Shown in pieces: positions 1 to 11,374 of a DNA stretch of 44,452 bases. The position numbers and the translations under genes are program-made. Within the stretch, counting starts at the first letter, position 1. Each line of letters begins with the position of its first letter. Origin of the DNA: Parasitella parasitica NRRL 2501 (taxonomy: Eukaryota > Fungi > Mucoromycota). Under the pieces are notes generated by a model. That model worked only from the letters and a program-made list of their open reading frames with translations, was not told the DNA's origin and did not search any database. The stretch spans positions 31,394-75,845 of the forward strand of contig MU619386.1 in NCBI GenBank assembly GCA_025201805.1, in the 5' to 3' direction.

Positions 1-568
1 CTGTTGTATCCATAGAATACCATGGTTACCACTATTTCAACTCAGTTGTCATGGCAAACGTTCCTAATCGGATCTAAGGTTAAATGGCATCGATTATTCT
101 ATTATCTAGTAAATAGAAGTATTCAATAAAATGTCTTGTATAAGAAACCATCTATTTGGGTTCTACTTATTCTAAATTGCGAAGCTCAACTTATCGATGA
201 ATGATTCACATTCATAACGATTAGCTGATTAAATATACTACTGTGTTATAATCTTGTTTGACAATTAAATGTCAAACATGACCTGATTGTATTTTATAGA
301 TTGATTTAGATAGATTTATTCCAATATAAATAGACAGCTTCTTGTCAATCAATAAATCAATAGTTTTGTATCTGGTAAACGAAGTCTTTATTACATTCTT
401 ATATTGTTATATCATATACAATCACCTGCTGTGCTCAATTTCAAGACCTAGCACAACAGTCTCCTCTTTTAATGTAGAGAAGCAAACCATTAATTTGGTT
501 GTAGAGAATGCAATAAAAAAAACTTCAATGTAAAATCTTTATTTGGAAATAAAGTTATATATTATTTT

Positions 569-1631
569 CTAGTTTTTTTCACGCTTTTTACTATGATGGT
601 ATGAACTTTTGAGGGAATTTGATGAGGTATAAGAAATAAAGAGTCCTTTAGCTTTTCCTTCATCATAGATTTTCTTCCATTTTTTTCGTTTGCCTGGTTC
701 AGAACTGCTTTCAATGAATTTATAGTCTTCTGCAATATATTTTTTCTGTTGCTTTTGTGATGCTTCTGCGTTCAATTCGTACATCTCAACTAGCTTTCTC
801 TTCTGTACTTCAATAGTTTCCAATAGATTTTCAGCGAAACCTTTGCACTTTTCAGCCGTCAAGATAGGATCTTCACCTAACCCGATTGCTTTCCTTATTT
901 GTTCTGTGCTTTGGTCGATAATTTCAACTAATTCACCATCTCCCTTTTTCTTCATGTTAGCCTTGCATATTGAGTATAAAAAGCGTACGGTTGAATCACC
1001 AGCATATTCTAATAAACTTAAGCTTGCAGATTGACAGGTGGTAAAGTAAGCCAGTGCCACAAGCTGATTCATGCCCACTTTGATATGATTTTCAATTGAT
1101 TTTGCAGAAATAAAGTTCACCTCCTGAGCCCAAAATTCGCATGCTGTTTCTAGCAAATATGGTGTGTTGACTTTTGGCACAAATTTTTGTTCAAATTCCT
1201 TGCTAGAGAACTTTACAACTACGAATACAAGAACCACAGGCAAAACTTGGAAACGTTCATACACACGAGTACAATACTGGATTAATCTTATCATAAATGC
1301 TTGATCGACGCTGTTTTGGATTTCTATCAAGATTGGAGGTTGATCATTATTCACTTCAGCGGGTACATATAAAACATCTGATTTCGTTCCATCTGACCAT
1401 TCTGTTGATGCCGAATGATATAGATTATTTGAAATGTTTGATCCTAAAAGAATTAACATCTGTAAGTAAAATTAGTTTGCTTTATGCGCAAAAAATGACA
1501 AAATTACCAAGCAGTTCGTGAATGATAATATTCTTTACAGTCTTATCGTTCATTATGAATTTACTAGTGCCATCTGTGTCTGGCCGTAGTTCAAAGGGCA
1601 GGTATAAATTGTTTTCATTGTTGTCTACCAT
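569..1631 (-). CDS. PD-(D/E)XK nuclease-family protein (Rpn/YhgA-like putative transposase), 2 exons
   Basis: Exon 1 1631-1508 (MVDNNENNLYLPFELRPDTDGTSKFIMNDK..), GT-AG intron 1507-1444, then in frame with the 569..1459 ORF. Motif SDVLY..PPILIEIQ..F..RLIQYC fits the D..E.Q core of Rpn-type PD-(D/E)XK nucleases. Confidence 0.65.
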
Positions 1632-1670
1632 GGTAATTTGTTATTGTGAAAAAATAAAACCGTTGATAAC

Positions 1671-1863
1671 GACATTGACATCGACACCGACATCGACACC
1701 GACACCAACAAAATGAATGACGACACCGACATCGACATCGACACCGACATCGACATCGACACCGACACCAACAAAATGAATGACGACACCGACATCGACA
1801 TCGACAACGACAACGACACCGACATCGACACCGACACCGACACCGACACCGACATTGACACCA
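1671..1863 (+). repeat. Hexamer tandem repeat (GACACC/GACATC)n with a higher-order ~66-nt unit
   Basis: Directly visible gacaccgacatc... runs, punctuated twice by aacaaaatgaatgac. Confidence 0.95.
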
Positions 1864-2139
1864 AAAAAATGAGTGAGGACACCGATCCGTTAAGATTGTC
1901 ATACACTATTTCCTGAAATTATTGGTGCACTGCCAGAAACGTTTTGGCGCACGACCAAAATAAATTTGGTGCAAAACTAAAATGTGTTTGGTGCCTATTA
2001 TTTTAAAGTAGTTAGTTATCAATGTGTTATGCGCAGAGGATATATAAATATGATTTGCTCAAAAAAATGTATAACTTTATAGAAATAAAATCAGACACAA
2101 AAAACTAATGACTTTATTGATAAGAAAATGCCATCTTTT

Positions 2140-2149
2140 NNNNNNNNNN
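2140..2149. other. Assembly gap (10 N)
   Basis: Run of n in the sequence. Confidence 0.99.
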
Positions 2150-2555
2150 TTATATCATATACAATCACCTGCTGTGCTCAATTTCAAGACCTGGCACAAC
2201 AATAATTACAGAGATGTCAATTTTGGCAGCTCGTCATTCTATGAGTTTTGCCGTCATTTCTAGATACGAATATCTTTATCACAATAACTAGAGTATGACG
2301 ATAGCCATCCTAACGGGGCCAACTAATGTTATGCAAATCTCCATCAATGGTTAAAGCATTTCAGCATGATTCGCTTCTCCTTAAAACCTAAAATTAAACA
2401 ACGACAAATTAACGCACTGACTCTTGGATCAATGTGCTTCATCCATGAGAACTGATATACAACAATTCAAATCCTATAAATATGATCTGCCATAATGTAG
2501 AATAGGAGATCATGATATAATGTACTTCAATTAAAGATTGGAGATTGTCTAATGA

Positions 2556-3607
2556 TGTGTTGTTATACTTGTCGAAACAGGGGAATAAAGTCTTTTTTGT
2601 TTCAAATCAGGAAGGTTATCTGTAACACAGATCTGTATGATTGACAAACAATAAGGTACTGTCAGATCAAAGATCAATAGCCTTGTAGTATAATATAATA
2701 CATCGTACCCTGTTAAGGATATGATGTTGCTTGCAAATTATTTTTATCGATTAGTATCGATTAGTATTTTAAATAAGTCACCAAAAATTTATGTGGTTGT
2801 AAAAAGTATAAATAGCAGATGCAAAGTTGAATCTTTAATAAAGTAATCTCAAGTTTTTGTATCTCGTTAATTCAAAGTTTTATTTTATGCTTTTCTTATT
2901 TTCGATCTTGCAGACCTCAACAAAATACTAAGATGTTTTCTCTAGATAAAACCTCAGTATACTTCTATAATAAAGAAGCCCAAACTTGATTATAATTATA
3001 CTTGCATAACGCTTTTATTTTTTATATTTTTTTGATTTTTGTAAATCTTTCAAATTTACTGCAGCCAGAATCAGACTTAAGAGCACTTTACTTCCGTCGA
3101 TATATGCGCGCGCAATATAAATTAGAGTGAAGCTCACAATCTTGAATAAATCGAACTTTCTTTTGAAAATTTTGTCCTGCACTATATATACTTGCTATTC
3201 TATCGCTAAGATACCATATTATAAACAATTGATAATTATTCGAAACCTCTATAACAACGAACGGATCGGACTTCATCCTGGGACAGGATCAATATTGAGA
3301 TCTGCAAGGTTGAAAATAAAATAATTGTATTTACCGAGAAATAAAAACTTGAGCTTTGCATCTGCTATTTATGCTTTTTGCAACTACATAAATTTTGGGT
3401 GAATTATTAAAAATACTAATCGATAAAAGTAATTTGCAAGTAAAATTCTTCTTGACAGGGTAAGATGTATTATTATATTACAACGCCATTCATCTTTAAT
3501 CTGACAGTACCTTAATCTTTGTCAATAACACAGATCTTTGATACAGATAACCTTCTTGATTTGAAACAAAGACTTTACTCTCCTGTTTCGACAAGTTTAG
3601 CAACACA
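2556..3607. mobile_element. Decayed foldback/MITE-like element with long diverged inverted repeats
   Basis: Left arm ~2556-2920 (cttgtcgaaacagggga..aaggtactgtcagat..cttgcagacctcaa) is the diverged reverse complement of right arm ~3295-3607 (ttgagatctgcaag..atctgacagtacctt..cctgtttcgacaag). No convincing ORF. Confidence 0.75.
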
Positions 3608-4622
3608 AAAGTTTTCAGTCGCTATATATTATTTTAGGTTATTAAGCAACGAAGCCATTATTTGAGAAAAACAAGCTTCTTCCTTTTACATATACAAATA
3701 TTTTAGTACAGTGCTTTTATTTAGTTGTCATTTGAGTTGCTGAGATCTCATATAAGCAAGTAATTAATCAACAACAATATTACTTCAATCATTATGGCAA
3801 CGTCAAATAAATATAGCCATTCCTCATACACCGTAAGAGAATATCTGACATCCGGCTAAGTATTTTACGAACAATGTGATAATTTATTATCTAGTGGTAT
3901 AAATGGCCAAAATGAGATGCACTATAGTTGGCATTTCTAATTGCTAACATTGTTATCTGAGCCATTACTGACCATAAAATATACATGGATATTGCTGAAC
4001 AAGTAGTAATTGACAGCAATCTATGTGCAGCAGGTTTATGGTAGCAAACTCCTTTTTGATGACCAGTAGTGATAGATCAATTTGTGGTGGTAAAATCTAA
4101 TTAATAGGATTTGCTGAATATAGTAATAATTAAGATAAGAGCAAGAACCAGATATTTTCACCCAGGTCCCAATATCTGGTAGGAACTAGACTCATTTGTA
4201 TTAACCTGGATACATGTAAAGTGAGACATCCGTTAATGTAAATTATTACATCAACCTCAAGCACCACAGCATATCAGATTGCTTAAACTTTTAAACTATC
4301 TTCAACGATATTAATCTTACTGGGCTTTGCATCGCTGCTAGTAGTAGCTATCAGAGAGCCAGATAGCTTTGTCAAAAGTCTCAGCCCATATCTTTATGTA
4401 GTGAGTTCCACGTATTATTGTATTATTAAGATTACTTAATTGGGTTCACTAGTGTTCAAGCAGTCTTAACAAGCTCTACAGCATCGAATAGATTCCCAAA
4501 AATACCTTTCTTCCAAATTATTGCAGTCTCAGAATGGTCCTGATCCTCAAATAATGTATTCTAGAGGTTCTTTATTACTAAATTGTGAAAATGTCATTTA
4601 TTTACAACAAATTGGAAGAAAA

Positions 4623-5624
4623 TCAGCGAAACGATCCTTCTTTAAAAGACATCTTCAGTCTATCCCAAATACCAGTTGGAGAAACAGCAGGACGAACATC
4701 TAAATAAAAACTCAGGGACATTGGTCTATTAGGATCCTGCTTTCCAGAATAAAAATCAATAACATATGTCACTTTTTTGCCACATCTATCCACAACCCAA
4801 TCATGACGATCAAATGGAAGAGCATAGCTATGAAGTGTTCCATTAAAAAATAAGCTCCAAATCATCTCTTATAAAACACTTACCCAAACCACGATCTAAT
4901 CCTCGCCTTGGGTGTAATATCTTTTGGACGGCCTTCAAATTTAGCCAACATTGGCTGTTGACACTCGCTGAATGAAGATCCGTGCTTTTTAATACCCCTT
5001 CTATTTAAACCAGTCTTGTTCATTAGCTACTTACGTCTCATGCATCTTTTCCCATTCCAAAATTTTTAGCCAAGCCATTTCGTTAACTGCATTATGAATA
5101 GGAACAACCACAGACATGTCTTTTTCATCCGGATTCCAGTTTTTACGTCTCATAGCATTAAAAAACATCTGCTCCGAAGGGTAAATCCAGAGTTTATCGT
5201 CAGAATTTGCTCTAGGGATAGTCGAAATCTCTCTTTCTTTACCCAACAGCATTTTCTGATCAGGTTGAGGTGTTTGTTGTGAAATTTTTGGCATGTTATT
5301 ACTACTGTCAATGGCATCCGAAACACATCCTTCCTTAGGAGGAGGTAAAAAGTTTGTGTATGTTGCAGGGTCTACAGGACAGCTTTGTGATACTTTGTTA
5401 GATGCTGAGGTGGGTGGTATAAAGTGTTTATACGAATTGTGATCAACAGGGCACTTTGGCTCTTCTTTTTTTTGGCTATGATCAACAGGACATGCTGGTT
5501 CTTTTTTTTTATCATGGTTAACAGGACATTTTGATTCATCCTTTTTTTGACAATCATCAACAGTATATGATGCTATTCTTGCCTGCTCGTGGCCAACAGA
5601 GTAATTTTTGACAGGTTCTGACAT
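4623..5624 (-). CDS. CYC3: Cytochrome c heme lyase (holocytochrome c synthase), 3 exons
   Basis: N-terminal CPV heme motifs, [69 protein letters not shown] introns keep frame. CYC3 vs CYT2 assignment is uncertain. Confidence 0.92.
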
Positions 5625-5745
5625 GGTTTTTGGAAAAAGAAGAATAAAAAGAAAGCTGGGGAGGGGAGGGGGGTTTGATAGGGATGAAGTCGGTACATTA
5701 AATTCATGTTTCAATCCAGGGTAAAAAATAAAGAAACACGCTTGT

Positions 5746-7609
5746 TTATTCTTTATATGAAGCTGCCCATTCATGAGGAGGTAACGCAGCATCAAATTCT
5801 TCATCATCACTATCATCTTTGGAATCTGATCTGTTTGTTTTGTTGCTCAAAAGACCTCGGGTATCCAATGATTTACCAATCAAGCTTTCCAATTGAGGTC
5901 GAATCAAGGCTGAAGATGCCTGGCCTTTTCTTCCGTTACGAGGTGGAGCAACTCGAGGAAATTGATCAGATAGCATTCTATCAGAAAACGACGAATCATA
6001 GTTTGCAAAACTAGATGCCAAGATGTCTGATTTCTTGTTCTCGCCATCATTACTATCCATGTTACCCTCATTTTTCTCTGAGAGATAATGTATAGTGATG
6101 GGCATAGAGGTAGCCAACTTCGAAATGTCTATATCATTATCAATTACACTTTTCTGTATAACACAAATCAGCGACTTACTCATACCCCCCTCATCGTTAC
6201 CGTTCGAAAGAGTCCTCTTTAATTCACTCTTAATGTCAAAATCTTGAGCAAGATATTTTCCTGTGTTCCTCTTTTTCTTGATCCAAGCCAACCGATGGTC
6301 TATATTCGAAACTTGCTTTTTCAATGAGGCAGATAGTGGCATCTCTTTAGAAGAACCTTGTGCATTTTCTTGATCTATACGTTGATTTTTATCTAATTTA
6401 TCATCGTCATCATTAGCTTCTTGGGCTACTGGAGTCCTTTCTTCATCTGAAAACTCTTCATCCAAATTGAACAAATCCTCTTCCTCCTCAGCTCCAACCT
6501 CATCCCTTTCGCCTATTTGTACAAGTTAATAAAAATTGTTTGCACATATGAAGCACCTTACTTGAGTAGTCATACTGTTGTTGTTCCATACGTCGCTTTA
6601 GATCTTCACTGTCAAGATCTTTATTCCGTAAATTACAAATAGCTGCTTCGTCCAAAAAGAAACTGAGTCTTTTCACCGGTGGCAATGTTGATAAATTTCG
6701 ATTATTAGTTGAATTTGCCAGTTGTGGACGCTCTTCTCCTACTGTTTCTTTCGACTGCTGTGGTAATGAAGGTGCCTGTGGGGTAGGAACCGTTGTTTCT
6801 TCTTTTTCTTTACCGGAAATATTCGTTACTTTTACCAGTCTGGACCATAGTTGATTGTTCTCAAGCTTGACTTGCGCCATAGCGTCTTGGGTATGCTTTT
6901 CTTCTTGCTTTTTGAACTTCTCAATTCGCACTTTGGATTCTATACGCAATTGTTCCAAATATTGATCTAAAATAGACTGCATCTTCTTTTGAGTCGATGC
7001 GAGTAGTTCAGAGACATCTGCTGTTTGTTAGAGACAATGGCTCAAGCCAAATCAACCGCTTAAATTAATCATACCTTCTTTAGGGCCAGGCATTGGTATC
7101 AAATTATCTTGTATATTGTCCAAAATGATGTTGAATGCCTTTGAAAAGTTTGGTTGCCGCTTCAAGTCTTCAAAAGCTCGTCCGTACTAACATAACTGAT
7201 GAATATGCTCGATCATAGCAGCAAAAACATGTCTTAACATACTACAGTATTTTCATGTATAATCACACGATCATTTTTGGTACCATTGTTATTCTCAATA
7301 GAATAAACATGACCCGTATTACAATTCAAACAATCAACAGTATTCCAGTTTGGAACAGTAGATGAGCAGCGAGTAAATGTATTGAATTCCTATGAAGAAA
7401 AGCTGTCAATTTTCCGTCCGAATATCTGTAACCTGGATACAAATTACAATAACGATGCCACCCATCCCCAGTTCGTATTCCCAACCAGGTAAAGGTTCTT
7501 TTACAAACAGATCTTGCTTATACTTGGAGATATTATCCAACGAATACTTTGTTGAAGTATGAATTCTTATATTTGAGCAATTACATGCGTAAACAACTAG
7601 CTCTGACAT
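5746..7609 (-). CDS. Hypothetical protein, 5 exons, with PRAS40/Lobe-like motifs
   Basis: Splices in frame from MSELVVYACNCSNIRIH through CLNC, a coiled coil, EEEDLFNLDEE, LATSMPITI, DILASSF to PPHEWAASYKE*. Gene model is solid; product is inference. Confidence 0.75.
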
Positions 7610-10041
7610 GATTTTCCTAACTTTGCAAGTAAATAACAAAGAAAGAAAAGGAGAAACAAGTTTATTAGTTTTAATACTTTTACAACAACTGCAGGTGTGA
7701 GTGTATGCGGTTATTTAAAGTCAACGTGTGTGCAGCACCAGTCTGTGTTGCTTCCATGATGACAAGAAACATCAATTGTTTTTGAACAAGTATACCAAAT
7801 TATTGAAAGAGCATAGCCCCGGATTTTGCTCTAGCAGACCTTACCAATTATAAAAAAGTTATTTGTTAGAATGAACACCTTGTTAGCATCAAGCATTGCT
7901 CGCTATAGTGATTGTGTATCTTTTTAAGCAAAAGAGTCGATAAGAATTTAAGAAATTCTCTAAATATGCATATTTTATATATGCTAATATCCTGGTGTAC
8001 AAACATTGTTTATAAAAGACTTTTATTTGGGCTTATTAGCTAGACTTGAGTTTCTCAAAACATGTCAAATCTCGATCAAATTGTTTGAAGATGGAAATTA
8101 CTTCTTTTAATTTCGTCGTCGATCCAAATAATTTCATTTTAACAAGTCAGTGAAAGTACAGTACCCAAAGACTCACAAAAGAGAAATTACAAGAAACACA
8201 TAATGAACCACTTTAGTTTGATATTTGGCATTTAAAGTAGCAACCAATAGCTTTAAAAATTCAATGAACGCAACTCTCCGGTTGTAGATCTAGAACAACT
8301 AACCACGTCTTTATACTAACATGCCTTCTCATCTGCCCAAAACAAGGTGGGCAGTTAGAAATGTAATGGAAAATGCCCATTTTGAAACTTTTTCTAATAT
8401 ATAATTATCAATTGCTACGCCAGAAATTAATCATCATAGAGGTTTGCTAGAAAAAACTACTGCGAAACACACCAAAGAATGAAAATCACATGTTGTGATC
8501 ATCAATGCGCTTGTTTTTTTTCATTTTATTTTGATAGAGCTTTCACTCTATCGAATTTGAGAGCTTTTCGCTATGATGTTAATTAGTCGAAAGTATCACG
8601 TTTTACTCCAATCTTGATGCAAGATTCCCGTTTTAGGTATTATTATGCAAAATATAGACTTTTTAACAGAAAATACATTTCCTGCAATCTCATATTTTTT
8701 TCCGATAATAAAGGTGCAATCGCACATTGACCAAAATTTTGATAAAAGCTCTTTTGACATTTAACATAAATATTGCAAGTTGCCTGAGTATATTTTATAG
8801 ATTGGTGACAAAGCGTCAGACAAACTCAACATCCTTTTTTTTTGTGGTGTTCGAAAAAACAACAAGAGAATCCTGCAAAATAAAAGATCAAAATAACGAA
8901 AGGTATGATGGAATCAAGAGAACAAGACATTAAATTTTCAAAGTAACTCCAAGTATTAAAAATAGCTGAGTACATCTGCGAATCGTATAGTTTTTGCTTT
9001 GGCCCAAATTCTGCAAATAAAAGCTCTGCATGCAGTAATTTCCCATTCAACGAACAATAGGTATTTGTATATTGTATATGTATATTAAACACTAAAATAG
9101 GAGATAATTATTGAAATTACCTCGTGTTTCCTGACTTTTTACATTGTATTTAATGGCGATTATGATTTTTATGGCTGTCCACGTTGTACTCCCTCATCGC
9201 CCATTTGAAAAGTGTAGATACTAAGAAGGCTCTTTAGTAACATCCAGATTGAATAGATGTGTGAGCATACAACCTTTATGCTCGGTGGAGACAATCCTCT
9301 AACCTCCTCAATATGTGAGTCATATTGCGGATTTTATTGAACTGTTTCAAAAAAGGCAAATGACTAAAGTCTGAATGCCTTACATAAGAATACAAATCGT
9401 TTTGGGCTATAAATCCTAAAAATAATACGATTACACAAGTGGAGATGATTTATGGAAGTATATAAATCATATACGTGTGAAGAGATAATATTATACATGC
9501 AAATCGGTTTTATTAATAGTTTCATGGATATGACATGTCTTACAAAGGAGCCTGACAAATCTAATCATTATACCAACTAAAATGATCCACAACACATGTG
9601 CTAAATTACATGATAATCTCTCTATTTACAGCCACTTTCTTACTTATTGCTCGTATGTCTTAAAGAACTCACAATGTTGAGAAAACATCTTTTTTATAGA
9701 TGAGTTTTTTGGCTTCTGATTTCCAGGAAAATGCATTATACGAGAAGCGGTACCTTCTTTTTTTATTTTATTTTAGTTCATATGCCTTTTAAAGCATCCT
9801 TTGGTTGAATCTTTCGAATGAAATCACTTGTTTCATGTTGTGGTGAATCCTTATTAAACTGAGATACCACAATTCATAATGGCATCGAGTTCTCGAGGCT
9901 GATACATCTGAGGAATGCTTTTGTAGTCCGCTGTACGGCTTCCATTTTAGAAAGGGGAAACGTTCAAGGTGTGTTCACTGGACATTTGAACAAGTGTTAC
10001 ACTTTAATTGGTCAAGTATCAGATGGATCTAGTGGAAGCAA

Positions 10042-10048
10042 TATAAAA
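10042..10048 (+). promoter_or_regulatory. Putative TATA box of HAC1
   Basis: tataaaa ~160 nt upstream of the ATG, followed by a pyrimidine-rich tract. Confidence 0.45.
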
Positions 10049-10203
10049 TCCTTGCAAACCATCCAAATTTATTTCTTTTTCTCTTTAGTCGACTTTTTTC
10101 TACATTACTTATTTTGATTACTTGTGATTTCCATTGGGTGGTATTTCAGTAACCAAAAGAAATTTATCTCAAATTCATTCAGTCCAATTCAGTTCCAATA
10201 ATT

Positions 10204-11243
10204 ATGAACAACAACAGCAACACCAGCAGCGGCGTTAATGATTCTCTCACAGAGTTATTATCTTTACCTGTTAACTTTACTGTGGATCCTTTATTAGCTA
10301 CAACTCCAAACGGTGCGCCTCAAAAGAGACAAGCCTCATTTTCCTCTGCTTCTTCTGTTACATCTGAAAACGAGCAATCGTCTTCAGAATCTATCGTTTC
10401 TATCAAGAAGTCAAGATTATCTTTGGATGGTAAAGATCAAAAGACTAAAGAAAGGTAATATAAGGCACCCTGTTATATTCTCTAACATTTGCACTAAACG
10501 AACATCTTTTTAGAATTCTTCGTAATCGTGCAGCTGCTCAGGAATCTCGTGATAAAAAACGTAGATATGTCTCTGACCTTGAAGCGTCCAACAAAAAGCT
10601 CGCTCAAGAAAACGAAGAAGTGAATAAACGCGTAAAAACATTGGAACAGCAGAATGCTATATTGAATTCACAACTGGAAGCATTTACTAGACAACTAGCA
10701 AACTTGCAAGCGCAAATTAAATTCAATGCTGCTACTCCCATCTTGTTTAATGACTTTTGCGATTCAGCACGGATCGCGAAGAAAGAATGTTTGATTAACG
10801 AAAAGAAAAATAGTATAGAATTCATCTCTACAACCTCAAAAAGAAGCATCAAATCAGTATGTTGAATTGCCCATCAAGTCCTCTCACGAAAAAATCCACC
10901 CAATGGAAACCCCACTTGTAGAGCCCTGTTTTTTTTGAACTATATGATTTTTATATTTATTTCACCTCTTTGATATTATGAACAACTATTTTTTTTCCCT
11001 GCAGCGGAGGTTGTTAAGCAAGATGAGAATTGCCAGTATGGAAGAGGTTTATTAGTACCAGCTGCCACAGGCACAACTGCAAAACTGACATCACCCATGT
11101 TATCACCTTCGTTCTCATCGGACGAAGATTCTGTGTATTCGCCAAACACAATCGTCAATCAGGATTTCCACTTGGACGATTTATTTGACTGGGATGGTCA
11201 GCAGCAAGTTGTCAACACTATTGGCGGCAATGATACGTTCTAA
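10204..11243 (+). CDS. HAC1: Hac1/Xbp1-type UPR bZIP transcription factor (spliced 248 aa, unspliced 200 aa)
   Basis: bZIP KTKERILRNRAAAQESRDKKRRYVSDLE across spliceosomal intron 10455-10513. Removing 10768-11001 fuses it in frame to an acidic tail (..DFHLDDLFDWD..) ending TAA 11241-11243. Confidence 0.9.
10768..11001 (+). promoter_or_regulatory. Unconventional Ire1-cleaved intron (234 nt)
   Basis: 5' hairpin tttgcgatt-CAG|CACG-gatcgcgaa and 3' hairpin ttcc-CTG|CAGC-ggag, both with 7-nt loops. Flanking exons pair (10739-10756 with 11008-11025). Excision opens a long reading frame. Confidence 0.85.
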
Positions 11244-11374
11244 ATAATAGGTCACTATTTCTGCTTTTTTCCCCATCATTCTCTATACATTTCATGCATT
11301 TTACTCCAGTTCTATTTAATTCACAATTCTTTTTCATATCTTTATTAATAAAGCTCTTGTCACAAAAATATCAT

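Larger units (their letters stand above)
459..2139 (-). mobile_element. Putative transposable element carrying the PD-(D/E)XK gene; right end lost in the N gap
   Basis: Nuclease gene, tandem repeat and repeated TTGGYGC motifs (1923-1995), bracketed by a 52-bp near-identical duplication (407-458 and 2150-2201). Confidence 0.4.

Noticed and set aside
1615-1916. ORFs encoding poly-CR, poly-SV and poly-DT/DI
   Set aside because: Artefacts of the stop-free hexamer repeat. It is not a CRISPR array either, as there are no unique spacers.
3610-4600. Coding-like fragments
   Set aside because: Interrupted by stops with no identifiable family; too weak to call a pseudogene.
7650-10000. Short ORFs in the region upstream of HAC1
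   Set aside because: No recognisable domain, splice chain or repeat structure. Treated as intergenic or decayed sequence.
10857-11004. Ordinary GT-AG intron (gtatgt..ttccctgcag) as the explanation of the HAC1 3' exon
   Set aside because: It would put the last exon out of frame with an early stop, and it does not explain the two hairpins or the exon-exon stem. It cannot be excluded as a minor isoform.
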